The notes: generated by a model from the sequence alone, not told the origin. 64,000 nt of DNA from Mustelus asterias (GCF_964213995.1 NC_135818.1:61256001-61320000); one strand, 5' to 3'; shown: positions 23,743 to 36,604, counted from the stretch's first letter. Translations and numbers: made by a program.

Positions 23743-25565
23743 GTCTTTTCCTGGATACATGATCTGTCTGTGTCCGTACCTTCATAGGAAACAAGCAAGG
23801 ATTCCTTAATTCCAAAATAATGAAGCTACAAAGGAAAACCTGAACCCAATAATCCATCAGGGATTCTATAACCCAAAACAACTGAAATACAAAAAATAAA
23901 CTAGCCCATAAATTCTAGGGGGGCAGATTCCTCGCTTCTATGAGGACTCTTAGGACCCTACCTGCTACCTCATAATAAACCATTTGGCCAACACCCTGCA
24001 ATGGCTCTACTCATCTTAACCATTATGTAATAAAGGACGTTACTCCAAAGATGTGCAGATTAGGTTGATTAGCCATGGTAAATTGCCCCTTAGTGTCAGG
24101 GAAATAAGCAAGGTAAATACGTGGGGTTGCAGGGATAGGGCCTGGGTGGGATTGTTGTCAGTGCAGGCTCAATGGATCAAATAGCCTCCTTCTGCACTGT
24201 AGGCATTCTATGATTCCCGGTTGAAAAAGTCCACCATTACATATTCCAGGATTGTAAAACAAGAAGATGGATAAAAATCGCACTCCCCTAGTAAATAGAT
24301 GTCCCTGGGTTCACCAGGAAAACGAGCAAATATTTGCTACCATGCTCACTCACAGGATTGCACTTATCAATGAGATAAATCATGTAACAGAATTAATTAA
24401 GAGATGAAATTACCGAGGATACATACCAGGATTAACATGGATTATTCTAAACAGGATAATTGGCAAAATTTGCCTCAGAGCTCAGTTACAGGGTTGCCCC
24501 CTTCTACATGAAAAAAGCACACTACAGGATTAACACAAGGATCTAATTATGAGGGGTACAGTCCAGGATTAATGAATCCTAATTTTGGCAGTGTTACAGG
24601 ATAACAAACGACAAAGCCTCTGTGCTCATGTATCATACATCTTTGTCAGGAAAAAAGACAATATCATGAAATCAGGAGTTTAATCACAAGGGAACAAAGT
24701 TCAGGATTAATGATGAACGGCAGGATAATATAACCGTCCACAGAGCTTGAAAAGTCCAAAGCCATGACAGGATAGTTGAGCAACATCCAGAATCCATCCA
24801 GAGTTTCAGCGAAGCCTTTGCACCATTGCCATTTTGTCATCCCGAAGCCCTGGTCAGGAGAAATTTAGGCCCCAGTGGGTGGAGAAGATCTGTCATGTTT
24901 GGCCGCCCCCAGCCCTTCTCGACAAACACTGAGGACAGGACAACGTATGACCAGTGGTTGGAGTCTTTGACTGACCCCGGCCTCAAAGACCGGATAAACG
25001 TGCTCAATCGAACTTGAAACACCCAGCCTTCAAATCGAGATTGTGAAAGCATGGCTGTCAGTTCCCGAATTCGGTTGGGAATTCATTCCTAGCTCTCCTT
25101 GGGAGACCAGGCACATGGATATTTCTCTCTGGCCCCATCTTCCTAAATCAACCAGGATATTCGACATACCATGCAGCAGGATTTTCAAGGGCTGAAGGTG
25201 AACCCTCACTGAGGAAACTGCCCTCTCGACCAACAGGATTCTCTTCTCCGCGTCATCCATTCTCTTTAGGATATCCTGCAGTTCATCAGCGCCAGCACCA
25301 ATAGTTTGCCGGGGAGCCGAAACCATCATTCACAACTTCACTCACCGTGGCAGCCATCATCTTGCTGACCATGGTACCACCAAATTTTAGGCCCGCTCAC
25401 CAGCGAAACCACCACTGCGAACTGGGCCCCACCCCGGCTATCTCCAACCGCCTCAATCAAACAAGGATTTTCTTGACTTAACTTGGCTCCCTGCCACCAA
25501 GCCAGGAGCATCACACAAGTTATACTAATCAGGATCAAATAATTACGGGTTGTGCATCAGACATG

Positions 25566-25876
25566 CAGGCACAGTGGTTCGCACTGCTGCCTCACAGCGC
25601 TAGGGACCTGGGTTCAATTCCGGCCTCGGGTCACTGTCTGTATGGAGTTTGCACGTTCTCCCCGTGTCTGCGCAGGTATCCTCCGGGTACTGCGGTTTCC
25701 TCCCACAGTCCAAAGGTGTGCAGGTTAGGTGTGTTGGCCATGCTAAATTGCCCCATAGTGTCAGGAGGAATAGCTAGGGTAAATACATAGGGTTATGGGG
25801 ATAGGACCTGGGTAGGATTGTGGTTGGTGCAGACTCGATGGGCCAAATGGCCTCCTTCTGCACTGTAGGATTCTGT
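25566..25876 (+). mobile_element. tRNA-derived SINE with CR1-like tail
   Basis: ggcacagtggtt.gcactgctgcctcacagcg..; ends gatgggccaaatggcctccttctgcactgtaggattct. Confidence 0.82.
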
Positions 25877-26260
25877 GAAAAAAATTTTTTTAAAGAATTA
25901 AAAAGCTGTTGTCAACGGGGTTTCCCATTAAATGCACCCCTCAATGCCAGGAAAGTGGTGGCTGAGATGGGCCATCAGTGGGACTGGAAGATCCTGTTAG
26001 GGTGAACAACCGGAAAATTGCGGCCAATAGGTTTGAAAGCTCAAGAAGGAAGGGTTTGACTTTATATGTAGAATCATATAGCACAGTAGTCCATCATGCC
26101 TGTGCCAGTTCTTGGGGTGAGATTTGAAAAGGTTATTGATTTCCATTTAATACAAATGATTTTAGGTGGTGCCCATATTAAGAATTTTAGAAAATTTGTG
26201 TAACTATAGAATTGATAAACAACTTGTTGCATCTCATACCCTTAACACTTTATTTTATAG

Positions 26261-26335
26261 CGGACGCATAGACATGAATTATTTACACCCACTGTGACAG
26301 GAGCACACCCTGATGAGAACAGGGATAAATTTCAA
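26261..26335 (+). CDS. POLE2: POLE2 exon 6
   Basis: 75 nt, [25 protein letters not shown]; AG/GT bounded. Confidence 0.94.
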
Positions 26336-26614
26336 GTAAGATGTCAAGTGTTTGTCAACAATTGAGTTTCTGTCTCTTTCTCTCTCTCTCTCTCTGCTTG
26401 CTCATCACTAATTTTTCTCCATCTTTTTTCCTCTCTTTTATCGTTTACACGTTTTGGGGAGAGTTTAAGAATCAACCACACCTGTCATAAACAGGGTGGG
26501 TGCAACCTGAAAACTGTACTGGAGCATTTGATTCCCTGGTCACACTTATGCTCCAATTGCCCCCATATTGGGTAGGATCCTGAGATGGGGGCCAGAGCAC
26601 TTACCTTTTTCAGG

Positions 26615-27578
26615 TGGGGGCCGCTGTTTGTGATTTATATATAAACGATCTGGAAGAAGGTGTAACTGGGGTGATCAGTAAGTTTGCGGACGACACGAAA
26701 TTGGCAGGACTTGCAGATAGTGAGGAGCACTGTCAGAGGCTACAGAAGGATATAGATAGGCTGGAAATGTGGGCAAAGAAATGGCAGATGGAGTTCAATC
26801 CTGCGAAGTGATGCATTTTGGTAGAAATAATGTAGGGAGGAGCTATACGATAAATGGCAGAACCATAAAGGGTGTAGATACGCAGAGGGACCTGGGTGTG
26901 CAAGTCCACAGATCCTTGAAGGTGACGTCACAGGTGGAGAAGGTGGTGAAGAAGGCATATGGCATGCTTGCCTTTATAGGACGGGGCATAGAGTATAAAA
27001 GTTGGGGTCTGATGTTGCAGATGTATAGAACGTTGGTTCGGTCGCATTTGGAAAACTGTGTCCAGTTCTAGTCGCCACACTACCAGAAGGACGTGGAGGC
27101 TTTGGAGAGAGTACAGAGGAGGTTTACCAGAATGTTGCCTGGTATGGAGGGGCTTAGTTATGAGGAGAGATTGGGTAAACTGGGGTTGTTCTCCCTGGAA
27201 AGACGGAGGATGAGGGGAGACTTAATAGAGGTGTATAAAATTATGAAAGGCATAGATAGGGTGAACGGTGGGAAGCTTTTCTCAGGTCGGTGGTGACGTT
27301 CACGAGGGGTCATAGGTTCAAGGTGAAGGGGGGGAGGTTTAACACAGATATCAGAAGGACATATTTTACACAGAGGGTGGTGGGGGCCTGGAATGCGCTG
27401 CCAGGCAAGGTGGTGGAGGCAGACACACTGGGAACGTTTAAGACTTATCTAGATAGCCATATGAATGGAGTGGGAATGGAGGGATACAAAAAAATGGTCT
27501 AGTTTGGACCAGGGAGCGGCACGGGCTTGGAGGGCCGAGGGGCCTGTTCCTGTGCTGTATTCTTTATTCTTTGTTCTA
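26615..27578 (+). mobile_element. CR1 3' portion
   Basis: YINDLEEG..KFADDTK..WQMEFNP..ERVQRRFTRMLPG..FTQRVVGAWNALP; frameshifted. Confidence 0.9.
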
Positions 27579-28031
27579 TAGGCAATTCATTGCCCTATGC
27601 CATACAGTGGCCACTCAATGAAGGGTGCTCATGGTAATTTTTAACTGGTATTTATTTCACATAATTACCACAAAACTTGCAAAAGGCAGATTGGCAAAAT
27701 AACAGCTAATTTTATGTCAGTCCTTTCCATGATCTACAAAGGAAACAGATACAGGAATTTGAAGATGGCGACATTATTCTGCAATTTCTGTTGCACCTAA
27801 ATAGCAAAATGTTTCCCTTTTGGGGATAGTGTTTGATAATGGTTTCCATTAAGGGGAAAATGAAACAGGAAAGGAGGTGCTACTCTGTGGTAAATCAAAT
27901 GCAGTACTTGAACTATTTTAAATCTCCACTGGGAGGTGGACTACAAGTAATTCCACAGCATAAAGCAAGGAAGAAAATACTTTTTTTCTACAAGGAATGC
28001 CAATTTTTCAGACCCGTTGCTTTATTTTCAG

Positions 28032-28115
28032 CTCAACACCGTGGAAATGCTGCTTGGCAGCACCACAAAGATCGGAGAAGTTATTGTTCTGGGGATGATA
28101 ACACAACTCAAAGAG
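28032..28115 (+). CDS. POLE2: POLE2 exon 7
   Basis: 84 nt, [28 protein letters not shown]; AG/GT bounded. Confidence 0.94.
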
Positions 28116-28814
28116 GTAAGCTGTACTGTGTGATTAAGAGTTTATATTAACAGGAATTTGTTCCAGGTTACAATGAAATACAGCATTCTTCTCTGCTGGG
28201 CTTCCGAGAGCAATAAAATGAACAGTAGGGCAAATGTCAAGTGATAAGATCATTACATATTCAAGAAGTACAGTGTTGCTTTTAATATATTGCCTTTATT
28301 TTACCCACATTTTAGATTTTGAACTGACACAGTGGAGCTCCATTACTCTGAGTAAAACTATGGTGATGAAGGTGCTTAAAACACTTGCTGCATCTTATGG
28401 CCATACGAAATAGTGGGATCCAAGATTTGATATGTGGTCTGTTTTTAGTTAGCTATCAAAACTTGGTGGCAGAAACACTGCCATTAGCCTCAGAATCCCT
28501 AAAAGGTTAACTGGGTTGCAGCAGATTGTTGGCTATCTGGTGACCTCTTCTGGAATTGTGTATGCTCCGTGAGAAGTGAATTAGGCTCATTTGTCATGAC
28601 TCTTGTAAACATTCACTGTGCAGGTAGTCACACGAAGAGTGATCATGTGGATAAGATGCACATGTTGCTGCCTGTAATACTGTACCCCACCGTGGGATAG
28701 GGGAGGAAAGCAGAGGAAATAGGGAGAGTGAGCAAAATGCTTTTTGTTGGCCCAATTTGAGCAATGTTAATAGTTATCACTGATAGCATTCTGTCATGTT
28801 TTTAAAAAAACTTA

Positions 28815-29102
28815 GGGCGTGAGTTTTTCAGTGCCGAATGAGCGAGAAAATGGGAGAGTTTCAGACCTGTGTTCTAGTCGAGTTTGAAAATGCAATCTTG
28901 TAACATTCTCTCACTTATCTGGACAGAAGTGCAATTCTCACCAGCTTGCGGGGGGAGGGTGGGGGGCGGTGGGGGGTTTGGGAGGTGGAAGGGGGGAGTG
29001 GGGTTGGGGGGTGGGAGTGGAGAGGGGGGTGGTGAAGCCTACATTCAACGGTGAAGTTGGCTGCAGACAACCTGAGGGGTCTGAGCCGGTAAGATCGCAC
29101 CC
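28815..29102. mobile_element. Harbinger-like MITE remnant with G-rich core
   Basis: Imperfect TIR gggcgtgagttt / aagatcgcaccc flanked by TTA; many GGG runs at 28950-29035. Confidence 0.45.
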
Positions 29103-29210
29103 TTAAGGCTCAAAAGAAGTCCTGTGCAACCCAAAGCTGAAATGAACATTTTTGTTTACAATGTTATCAATTCTGAATGACTATATTATTAATTACATTT
29201 ACTGTTTTAG

Positions 29211-29267
29211 GGAAAATTCTTTCTTGAAGATCCAACTGGAACTGTTCAACTTGACCTGAGTAAAGCC
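29211..29267 (+). CDS. POLE2: POLE2 exon 8 (followed by U12 AT-AC intron)
   Basis: 57 nt, GKFFLEDPTGTVQLDLSKA, followed by the U12 donor ATATCCTTTT. Confidence 0.93.
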
Positions 29268-30107
29268 ATATCCTTTTATGTACTCTTAACCATGGAGTTT
29301 AAAATTCATGTGAATTCAGAACGAGAAGCAAAGTATAATCACAAATTTCACACATAAGGAGGTGAAATGAGATCAAGTCCAGCACAGTTATTTGGTGATA
29401 AAGTTGGATTGTAAGAGGAAGGAAAGGTTAAGAGTGAAGGAAGTTCCGCTTTCATAAAATGTTGGAAAGGAATGAGTTATGTTTTACGAGTTGGTCTCTT
29501 TTGGGGCAATAATTGGGATGCTATAATTAACCTAAATTCTGAGCTGGGAACAGTGAGGCAGAATTGCGCTGCTGATTGCAATCCACTGACACCCATTGGA
29601 AGCTATGTGTATTTGGATATCTGATGAGGACAGGATTGAACTGGAGTATAGTGCTCCAGTCCAACAGCAAGGCAGTATCCGCAGCCTTTGCATGAAGATT
29701 CCACATTGGCACTCTTGGAATGGTCTTACAACAACTGAGCGTCAGTATGGTTTTTGTTGAAAATGTGCGAAGAAAAGTGCAAAAGATGTGATAATCCTCA
29801 TTTTACTATTGCATTGCAGAACATTTGTATAAGCTTTAGATAAAAATGTATGAAATCAGAACCAATAGGGAATTGTTTCCGAGTGACCACTGGGTCTCTA
29901 TCCATTTTTGCATTTTACCTACCACTAACACAATTGTCACCTGAAGTGACTTATCTTTTCATTGCATATTCCCTTAGTTGAGAAAATTGTCGATCTAGCC
30001 TTCATTCAATTCCATTAATGTCATGTATCTCAAAAATGCATTTTCTGTAACATATGATCCTGAAATTCCATATTTTCTTGTTAGTAATTTCTTTAACATT
30101 GAAGCAC
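29268..30107 (+). other. POLE2: U12-type (minor spliceosome) AT-AC intron, POLE2 intron 8
   Basis: 5' ATATCCTTT; branch-like TTTCTTTAAC ~10 nt before the terminal AC at 30106-30107. Splicing joins ..LSKA|QFHSGLY in frame. Confidence 0.9.
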
Positions 30108-30156
30108 CAGTTTCACAGTGGCTTATATACAGAATCCTGCTTTGTTCTAACAGAAG
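30108..30156 (+). CDS. POLE2: POLE2 exon 9
   Basis: 49 nt, QFHSGLYTESCFVLTE; AC acceptor, GT donor. Confidence 0.92.
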
Positions 30157-30543
30157 GTAATGAATGCGAATAAATTTATCTTGACAGTGCTTGCAGCAAT
30201 TTGCATGTTTTACTGTCACCAAATGTCACTGCTTTGTGAGCTCTCTGTTTTTCCATCTATTTCGATGGGAGGTAACACAATACTGTTATTTTGGTTGCAT
30301 TGAAAAGTATCTTTGTTCTTGAATTTTAATAGTTCCGCACAGTTAATGGTCAGTTTAGGTGCTTTTAAAAAGATATTTATGAGTTGTGTCCTGATTGCAA
30401 CATAGAATCGCAGAATCCCTACTGCGCAGAAGCAGGCCATTTGGCCCATTGAGTATACACCGACTCTGATAGGGCATCTTACCCGTAATGCCACATATTT
30501 ACGCCACTAATCCCCCTAATTTACACATCTCTTGGGACACTAA

Positions 30544-31553
30544 GGGCCCGATTTTACCATTTTCATTCTAAGTGCTGAATCTGCCCCTAATGCAGATCCG
30601 ATTTAGAAATCTGCTTTCCGGCGCCCCCATACGCACTCAGCCATCTCCAGTCCCATTCGCGCTGTGGGCGGGGCTTAGCGCGGCCGAAACAATTAGAGCT
30701 CTGAACTGCGCATGCGCAGTTAGAAAAAAGTTTGAAAAAGCGCGCCCGTTTCAGATCGCTCCTGAGCCGCAGAAAGCAGAGAAACCAGGAGCGATAGTGC
30801 ACACACACATCACTATCCCCCTTATCCACCCCCTCCCCTGCTTCCCACACACATCACTATCCCCCTTATCCACCCCCCCTCCCCACCGATCGCCCGCAGA
30901 GTGGCAGTGGACCCCCCTGTTCCCCCCCCCCCCCACCAGAGATCCATCTGCCACCCACCCCCCCACCAGTGAGCGATCGGGGCCCCCCCCCCCCCCCGAC
31001 AACAATCTAGCCTCACTCCCCCGTCACCCCCAGAGAATGGTCTGGCCTCACTCACCCCCGCCCCCCCCCCCCCCCCCCCCCGCCCCAGACAACAATCTAA
31101 CCTCACTCTGATATCTGGCCTCACTCACCGCCCTGCCCCGCCAGAGATACATCTGACCCGCCTCCCTCCTCCCCCCCCCCCCCCCCCCCCCCCCCCACCA
31201 CTGATCTGAGTCAGAGAGCCGTTGGAAACACTGAACGCGCTCTTCAGCAGCTGGAGCACCCGATTCAGACTTTTATTTAGCATGTCCATTTCGGCCTGAT
31301 TCCGGATTGGCAAACGTGGTGGTAAAGGGGGAAATGCTGATAGAGTTGGGCGGGCAGTTCATTAATTCAATTTAAATGCATGCAAATGCATTTAAATCGT
31401 CATTGTGCCCGTTTTGGGTGTGAAGCGGATCGCCACCATTCCCGGGTTTTGGTAAAGTGGCAATCTGCGTGGATCGCATTAATGGCCTCACACCCGAGTT
31501 TACCACGTTTTCGCACCCGAAAACGGGCGCAACGCAATGGTAAAATTGGGCCC
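30544..31553. mobile_element. PIF/Harbinger-type MITE inserted in a SINE (SINE halves ~30402-30543 and ~31554-31676, minus)
   Basis: TIRs gggcccgattttaccatt / aatggtaaaattgggccc; flanked by TAA and TGA. Removing it restores SINE sequence gggacact(a/g)aggggcaatttagc. Confidence 0.85.
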
Positions 31554-31731
31554 TGAGGGGCAATTTAGCATGGCCAATCAACCTAACCTGCACACCTTTG
31601 GAGTGTGGGAGGAAACTGGAGCACCCGGAGGAAATCCACACAGACATGGGGAGAATGTGCAAACTCCACACAGACAGGACAAAATGAACTGTAATGACTA
31701 TTTATTAACAAGTTATTTTAATAAATAAAGA

Positions 31732-32155
31732 GTTTGCATTTATCTGGTGCCTTTTGTAAATTCAGGACATTCCAAAGTGCTTTCAACCACAGAAGTATTT
31801 CTGAAAGGTGTCCCTGTTATAAGGAAATATGACAGCCAATTTGTGAACAGCAAGGTCTCTCCGATAGTAATCAGATAATGACCAGACAATCTATTTTTAG
31901 GATATTGGTTGAGGGATGAAAATTGCCAATGCCAGAAGAACTCCCTGCTTTTCTTTGAAAATCCTTGTGGTATCTTTTGGATCTACCTGAGAGAGCAGGT
32001 AGGCCTTGGTGCAACATGTCATCCAAAAGCTGGCACCTCCAACAGTGCAACACTCCCTCAGTACTGAACTGAAGATTCAGCATAGATTATATGATCTGGA
32101 ATGGGACTTGAATGCCACAACCTTCTGATGCATTGTTGCACTCTGTGCTGAGTTG
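31732..32155 (-). mobile_element. Old Deu-domain SINE (SacSINE1/AmnSINE-like)
   Basis: Minus strand gagggagtgttgcactgttggaggtgccagcttttggatga resembles the Deu core; L2-like tail (ataaatgcaa). Confidence 0.55.
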
Positions 32156-32635
32156 ACCTGCAAGGAGCAATATTAGCATTGGCCAGAGAAGTCTGATCTT
32201 CTAGGGTCAAAATCATAATGTATGACTCACCACGGTCTTGGGGTTGTACTACACTTGCTTCTCTGGCGACATAAATTGTCCCTGGGTGTGCAGAACTGTA
32301 AGTCTTGATTAGCACTGAGACAATGTTACTGCTTAAATGCAATTAATCTATAAGTATGGAATATGTCTACAGTATTGTGCGTGGTTATCAAAATTATAAT
32401 ATTTCTTAATAAAGTAGGCAGAAATGAGATCACTCACTTTAAAATACTTAGTTAGGAATACACTCTTCCATTATAATCACACATTATAGGATATATTTTG
32501 GCAAGCATTGAAATGTGCAACAAGACAAAATCTAATTACTCGGTTTTGTGTATTTGTTAGTTAAAATTGTTGTTTGGTAATTTCACAATCAACACGCACT
32601 CTGGAAATGGCTGTTATAATGAGTATTCTTTACAG

Positions 32636-32708
32636 GATGGTATGAAGATGGAATTTTTCATGTCAATGGGTTTGGATTTCCACCTACTGAATCTTCCCAC
32701 ACGACAAG
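32636..32708 (+). CDS. POLE2: POLE2 exon 10
   Basis: 73 nt, WYEDGIFHVNGFGFPPTESSHTT; AG/GT bounded. Confidence 0.94.
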
Positions 32709-33258
32709 GTGATTTTTACTGGAGAGTTTTCCAATAGGTATCTGCTTCAAGGTGGTTTTCTGGCATTTGATTTGATAAATGAATAGTATTTTGGTTTATT
32801 GCAAGGCCCAAGCCATTATTGCAGGCTATCAAACTGTTGCTATCATACTAAACAATATACTTCATTCTACTTCCTTAGCCAATAACTACTGTTTCTATCA
32901 ACTTGCTGCAATAATCTTTTAATGTTCAGAAAATGTACCCAGATTCTTAATAGAGGATTTTGGATTATGGGTGCCAAGTTCATGAAGGCTGAATTAGTTA
33001 GAGAGGGTTGGGGGGGGGGGAATAGAATATTCACAGCAGAGTTTTGGATGAGCCCATGGAATGCTGGAGATTGGGAAACTGGCAAGGAACTACACATTGG
33101 TTCTGTGGCAGTTAAAATAATGTGCAGAAGATTCATTGTAGATTTCAGCTAGAGACCAGACAAACTAAAAATAATATCCTGTCACACAAAACACCCATAG
33201 AAAACATTTTGTAACAGTTACAAGATACAGTTAACCTGACTGCTTTATTCTGCCACCA

Positions 33259-33306
33259 TGTGGAGATGCCGGTTTAAACCTGTTGGACTTTAACCTGGTG
33301 TTGTGA
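33259..33306. mobile_element. 48-bp Penelope footprint made of both inverted ends
   Basis: tgtggagatgccgg + taaacctgttggactttaacctggtgttgtga, both matching the PLE ends; flanked by ttctgccac at 33248-33256 and 33309-33317. Confidence 0.8.
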
Positions 33307-34350
33307 TGTTCTGCCACACCATTAATAATTCTTATTATAGAAATTTATGTTGCACTCTGTCTAATTGGTAGTGCATGTATTTGGGAATATGATATAATCA
33401 ATAATGATTTAACACACATATCTTTGTTTATGTCTGTGACCTAACCCCAAGCCAACTATACAGTTCATACTGAAAGCTTATATCTGTAATGTTGTGCTCC
33501 GTAGCAGTACTGTTGGTGGAACATAGTTGGCTTGAGGTTGGCCCTTCATACTGTTTTCAAAAAGTAATGGAAGCATTAGATGATGGTTTAGCAACAGGTG
33601 AGGTATACTTTAAGCATTACCTGCAGCTTCTTTCCTTTCAGAAGAGCACCAGAAGAAATTTTGAAATTGGGATGGTGCAGGGGGGTCAGGGAGCATGATA
33701 ATGAAAAGCTGGATGCCAGTATGAACTCCAGTGCTCCATATGGCCGTGAATAACCAGTCTGAGGACAGAACAAAATATATCTGGAAGATGAGCAAAATCC
33801 TATCTTTTATGCCTGACTTTTATTCTATGATCTATGAACAGCATCGAATCCTAATTAAAGCCCTTGACTAAAAGCTCCTGTGTCAGATGTAGCCATCAGG
33901 GCAACGTTTATTTGCTGTTCAGTGTTTCTCGATCATAGGAACTGAAGTAGGCTATTAAGCCCCTCATTCCTCCTCCACCATTCTATTAGATCATGGCTGA
34001 TCTGTACTTCATGTTCCTTTACCCCCACCATTTTTCAATATCCCCTTTACCCTTGTCCAACAAAAATGATCAATTTCTGGCTGAAAATTTTCAATTGACT
34101 GCATCCACCACCTTTTGTGCAAAACAGTTACATTGCAAAAGGCAGTAGAAATCTGGAAAAGTGCTTCCTGACGTAAATTTAGAGCTAGGATATTTAAGAA
34201 TTAAAATCACTTGCATTTGACAATTTAAAAAAAGATCAGATCCATTAGAAATTAAAATTGTCGATGTGGGAATATGGTCCTTATGTTGTTCGTTATTGCC
34301 CAATCTCAGCCACTTGATGATCTTGAAACCTTTCATGTTTTGACTCTCAG

Positions 34351-34523
34351 AGCTTATTACGGCAACATAAACTTTTTTGGTGGTCCCTCTGCTACGTCAG
34401 TGAAATCTTCGACAAAATTAAAGCAATTGGAGGAAGAAAATGAAGACGCCATGTTCGTTTTTGTCTCTGATTTGTGGCTGGACCAGGTGGAAGTACTTGA
34501 AAAACTTCATATGATGTTTTCAG
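34351..34523 (+). CDS. POLE2: POLE2 exon 11
   Basis: 173 nt, [57 protein letters not shown]. Confidence 0.96.
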
Positions 34524-35052
34524 GTAATAGGTTTACTGTATTTATTTAAACAAGGAATTTCGGCTTATTGGGCTATGCAGAATTTCATTGGGCATCAGGG
34601 TGCCGAACTAGTGTGAGCTTGTATTTTGAGTTGCAAGCAATCTTGTCCTTGACCAACAACCATACATCTTCCCCTCTTTACCCAAACATCACTAACTTTC
34701 TGGTTTGTATGGCTTTTAGAAACCTGAGTACGTGGGGAAAGGTAATAATCTCTGAAACAAGGTAGGCTTGTTGATTTGAATCTAAGATCCAAAACAATGT
34801 TATGTTGACCTGCATTACCGTAACAGTAAATCTTTTTATTCATAACAAAAACATAAGACATAGTAGACCATAAGCCCGTCGAGCTTGCTCCGACAATCAA
34901 AATGTCCCTTTCATGGTTGATCTTGGGCTTCAACTTCAATTTCCTGAATGAAAAATGTGCGATTAGATTGATCGGTGTAGTAGGAAGGATATGAAGGCAT
35001 TGGAGAGAATGCAGAGGAGATTCAGCAGAATGATTCCAGGGATAATTGATAA

Positions 35053-36372
35053 TTGATGGAGAAGATCCTGAGGGACAGGATTTATGAGCATTTAGAGAGG
35101 TTTAGTATGCTCAAGAATACTCAGCACGGCTTTGTCAAAGGCAGATCGTGCCTTACGAGCCTGGTGGAGTTCTTCGAAAATGTGACTAAACACATTGACA
35201 AAGGGAAAGCGGTAGATGTGGTTTATATGGATTTTAGCAAGGCGTTCGATAAGGTCTCCCATGCAAGGCTTCTAGAAAAAGTGAGAGGGCATGGGATCCA
35301 AGGTGCTGCTGCTCTGTGGACCCAGAACTGGCTTGCCCAAAGGAGGCAGAGAGTGGGTATAGATGGGTCTTTTTCTAAATGGAGGTCGGTCACCAGTGGT
35401 GTGCCCCAGGGATCTGTTCTGGGACCCTTGCTGTTTGTCATTTTCATAAATGACCTAGATGAGGAAGTGGAGGGATGGGTTGGTAAGTTTGCCGACAACA
35501 CGAAGGTTGGTGGGGTTGTGGATAGTCTGGAGGGATGTCAGAAGTTACAGAGGGACATAGATAGGATGCAAGACTGGGCGGACAAGTGGCAGATGGACTC
35601 AACCCAGATAAATCCGTAGTGGTCCTTTTTGGCAGGTCAAATGGGATGAAGGAGTACAATATTAAGGGTAAGACTCTTAGTATTGTAGAGGATCAGAAGG
35701 ACCTTGGGGTCCGGGTCCATAGGACTCTAAAATCGGCCCCGCAGGTGGAGGAGGTGGTTAAGAAGGCGTATGGTGTGCTGGCCTTTATCAATCGAGGGAT
35801 TGAGTTTAGGAGTCCGGGGATAATGATGCAGCTATATAAGACCCTTGTCAGACCCCACTTGGAGTACTGTGTTCAGTTCCGGTCGCCTCATTACAGGAAG
35901 GATGTGGAAATGATTGAAAGGGTGCAGAGGAGGTTTACAAGGATGTTGCCTGGATTGAGTGGATGCCTTATGAGGATCGGCTGAGGGAGCTCGGTCTTTT
36001 CTCCTTGGAGAGACGTAGGATGCGAGGAGACCTTGTAGAGGTATATAAGATGTTGAGAGGCATAGATCGGGTGGACTCTCAGAGGCTTTTTCCCAGGGTG
36101 GAAATGGCTGCTACGAGAGGACACAGATTTAAGGTGCTGGGGGGTAGGTACAGGGGAAATGTTGGGGAAGTTTTTCACACAGAGGGTGGTGGGCGAGTGG
36201 AATCGGCTGCCGTCAGTGGTGGTGGAGGCAAGCTCAATAGGGTCTTTTAAGAGACTCCTGGATGAGCACATGGGACTTAATAGGATGGAGGGTTATAGGT
36301 AGGCCTAGAAGGTAGGAATATGTTCGGCACAACTTGTGGGGCCGTTTGTGCTGTAGATTTTCTATGTTTCTA
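35053..36372 (+). mobile_element. CR1 (RT to 3' end) nested in an older CR1 fragment (34980-35045 / 36375-36595)
   Basis: [35 protein letters not shown]; tail ttttctatgtttctatg; flanks rejoin as CR1 sequence. Confidence 0.9.
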
Positions 36373-36604
36373 TGATAAAAAACTGTAGCTGTGAGGATAG
36401 ATTGGAGAGGTTGGCATGTTTTCCTTGGAGAAAAGAAGGCTGAGAGGAGACTTGGTAGAGGTATTGAAGATCCTGAGGAGTATGGACGGAGTAAACAGTG
36501 GGAAGCTGTTCCCCATTCAAGAGTATCAAAAACTAGAGGGTACCGATTTAAAATAATTAGCAAAAGAAGTAAAGGTACAAGTAAGAAGGAAGAAAATTAA
36601 ATTA

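Larger units (their letters stand above)
20790..25550 (-). mobile_element. Degenerate L1-clade element (ORF1 remnant ~24780-25330, endonuclease-like remnant ~21500-21800), interrupted by CR1 and GC-rich MITE pieces
   Basis: Coiled-coil DELQDILKRMDDAEKRI..LVDL..R resembles L1 ORF1; decayed FLxET and GV.. endonuclease-like motifs. Boundaries uncertain. Confidence 0.45.

Noticed and set aside
24245-24780. CRISPR-like repeat-spacer array
   Set aside because: Eukaryotic context, repeated word only 6-9 nt, irregular spacing, no cas genes.
26236-26260. U12-like branch sequence (cccttaac) before exon 6
   Set aside because: The intron 5 donor is GTAAGG, a U2 type, and the acceptor has a normal T-rich AG; one motif is not enough to call a minor or converted intron.
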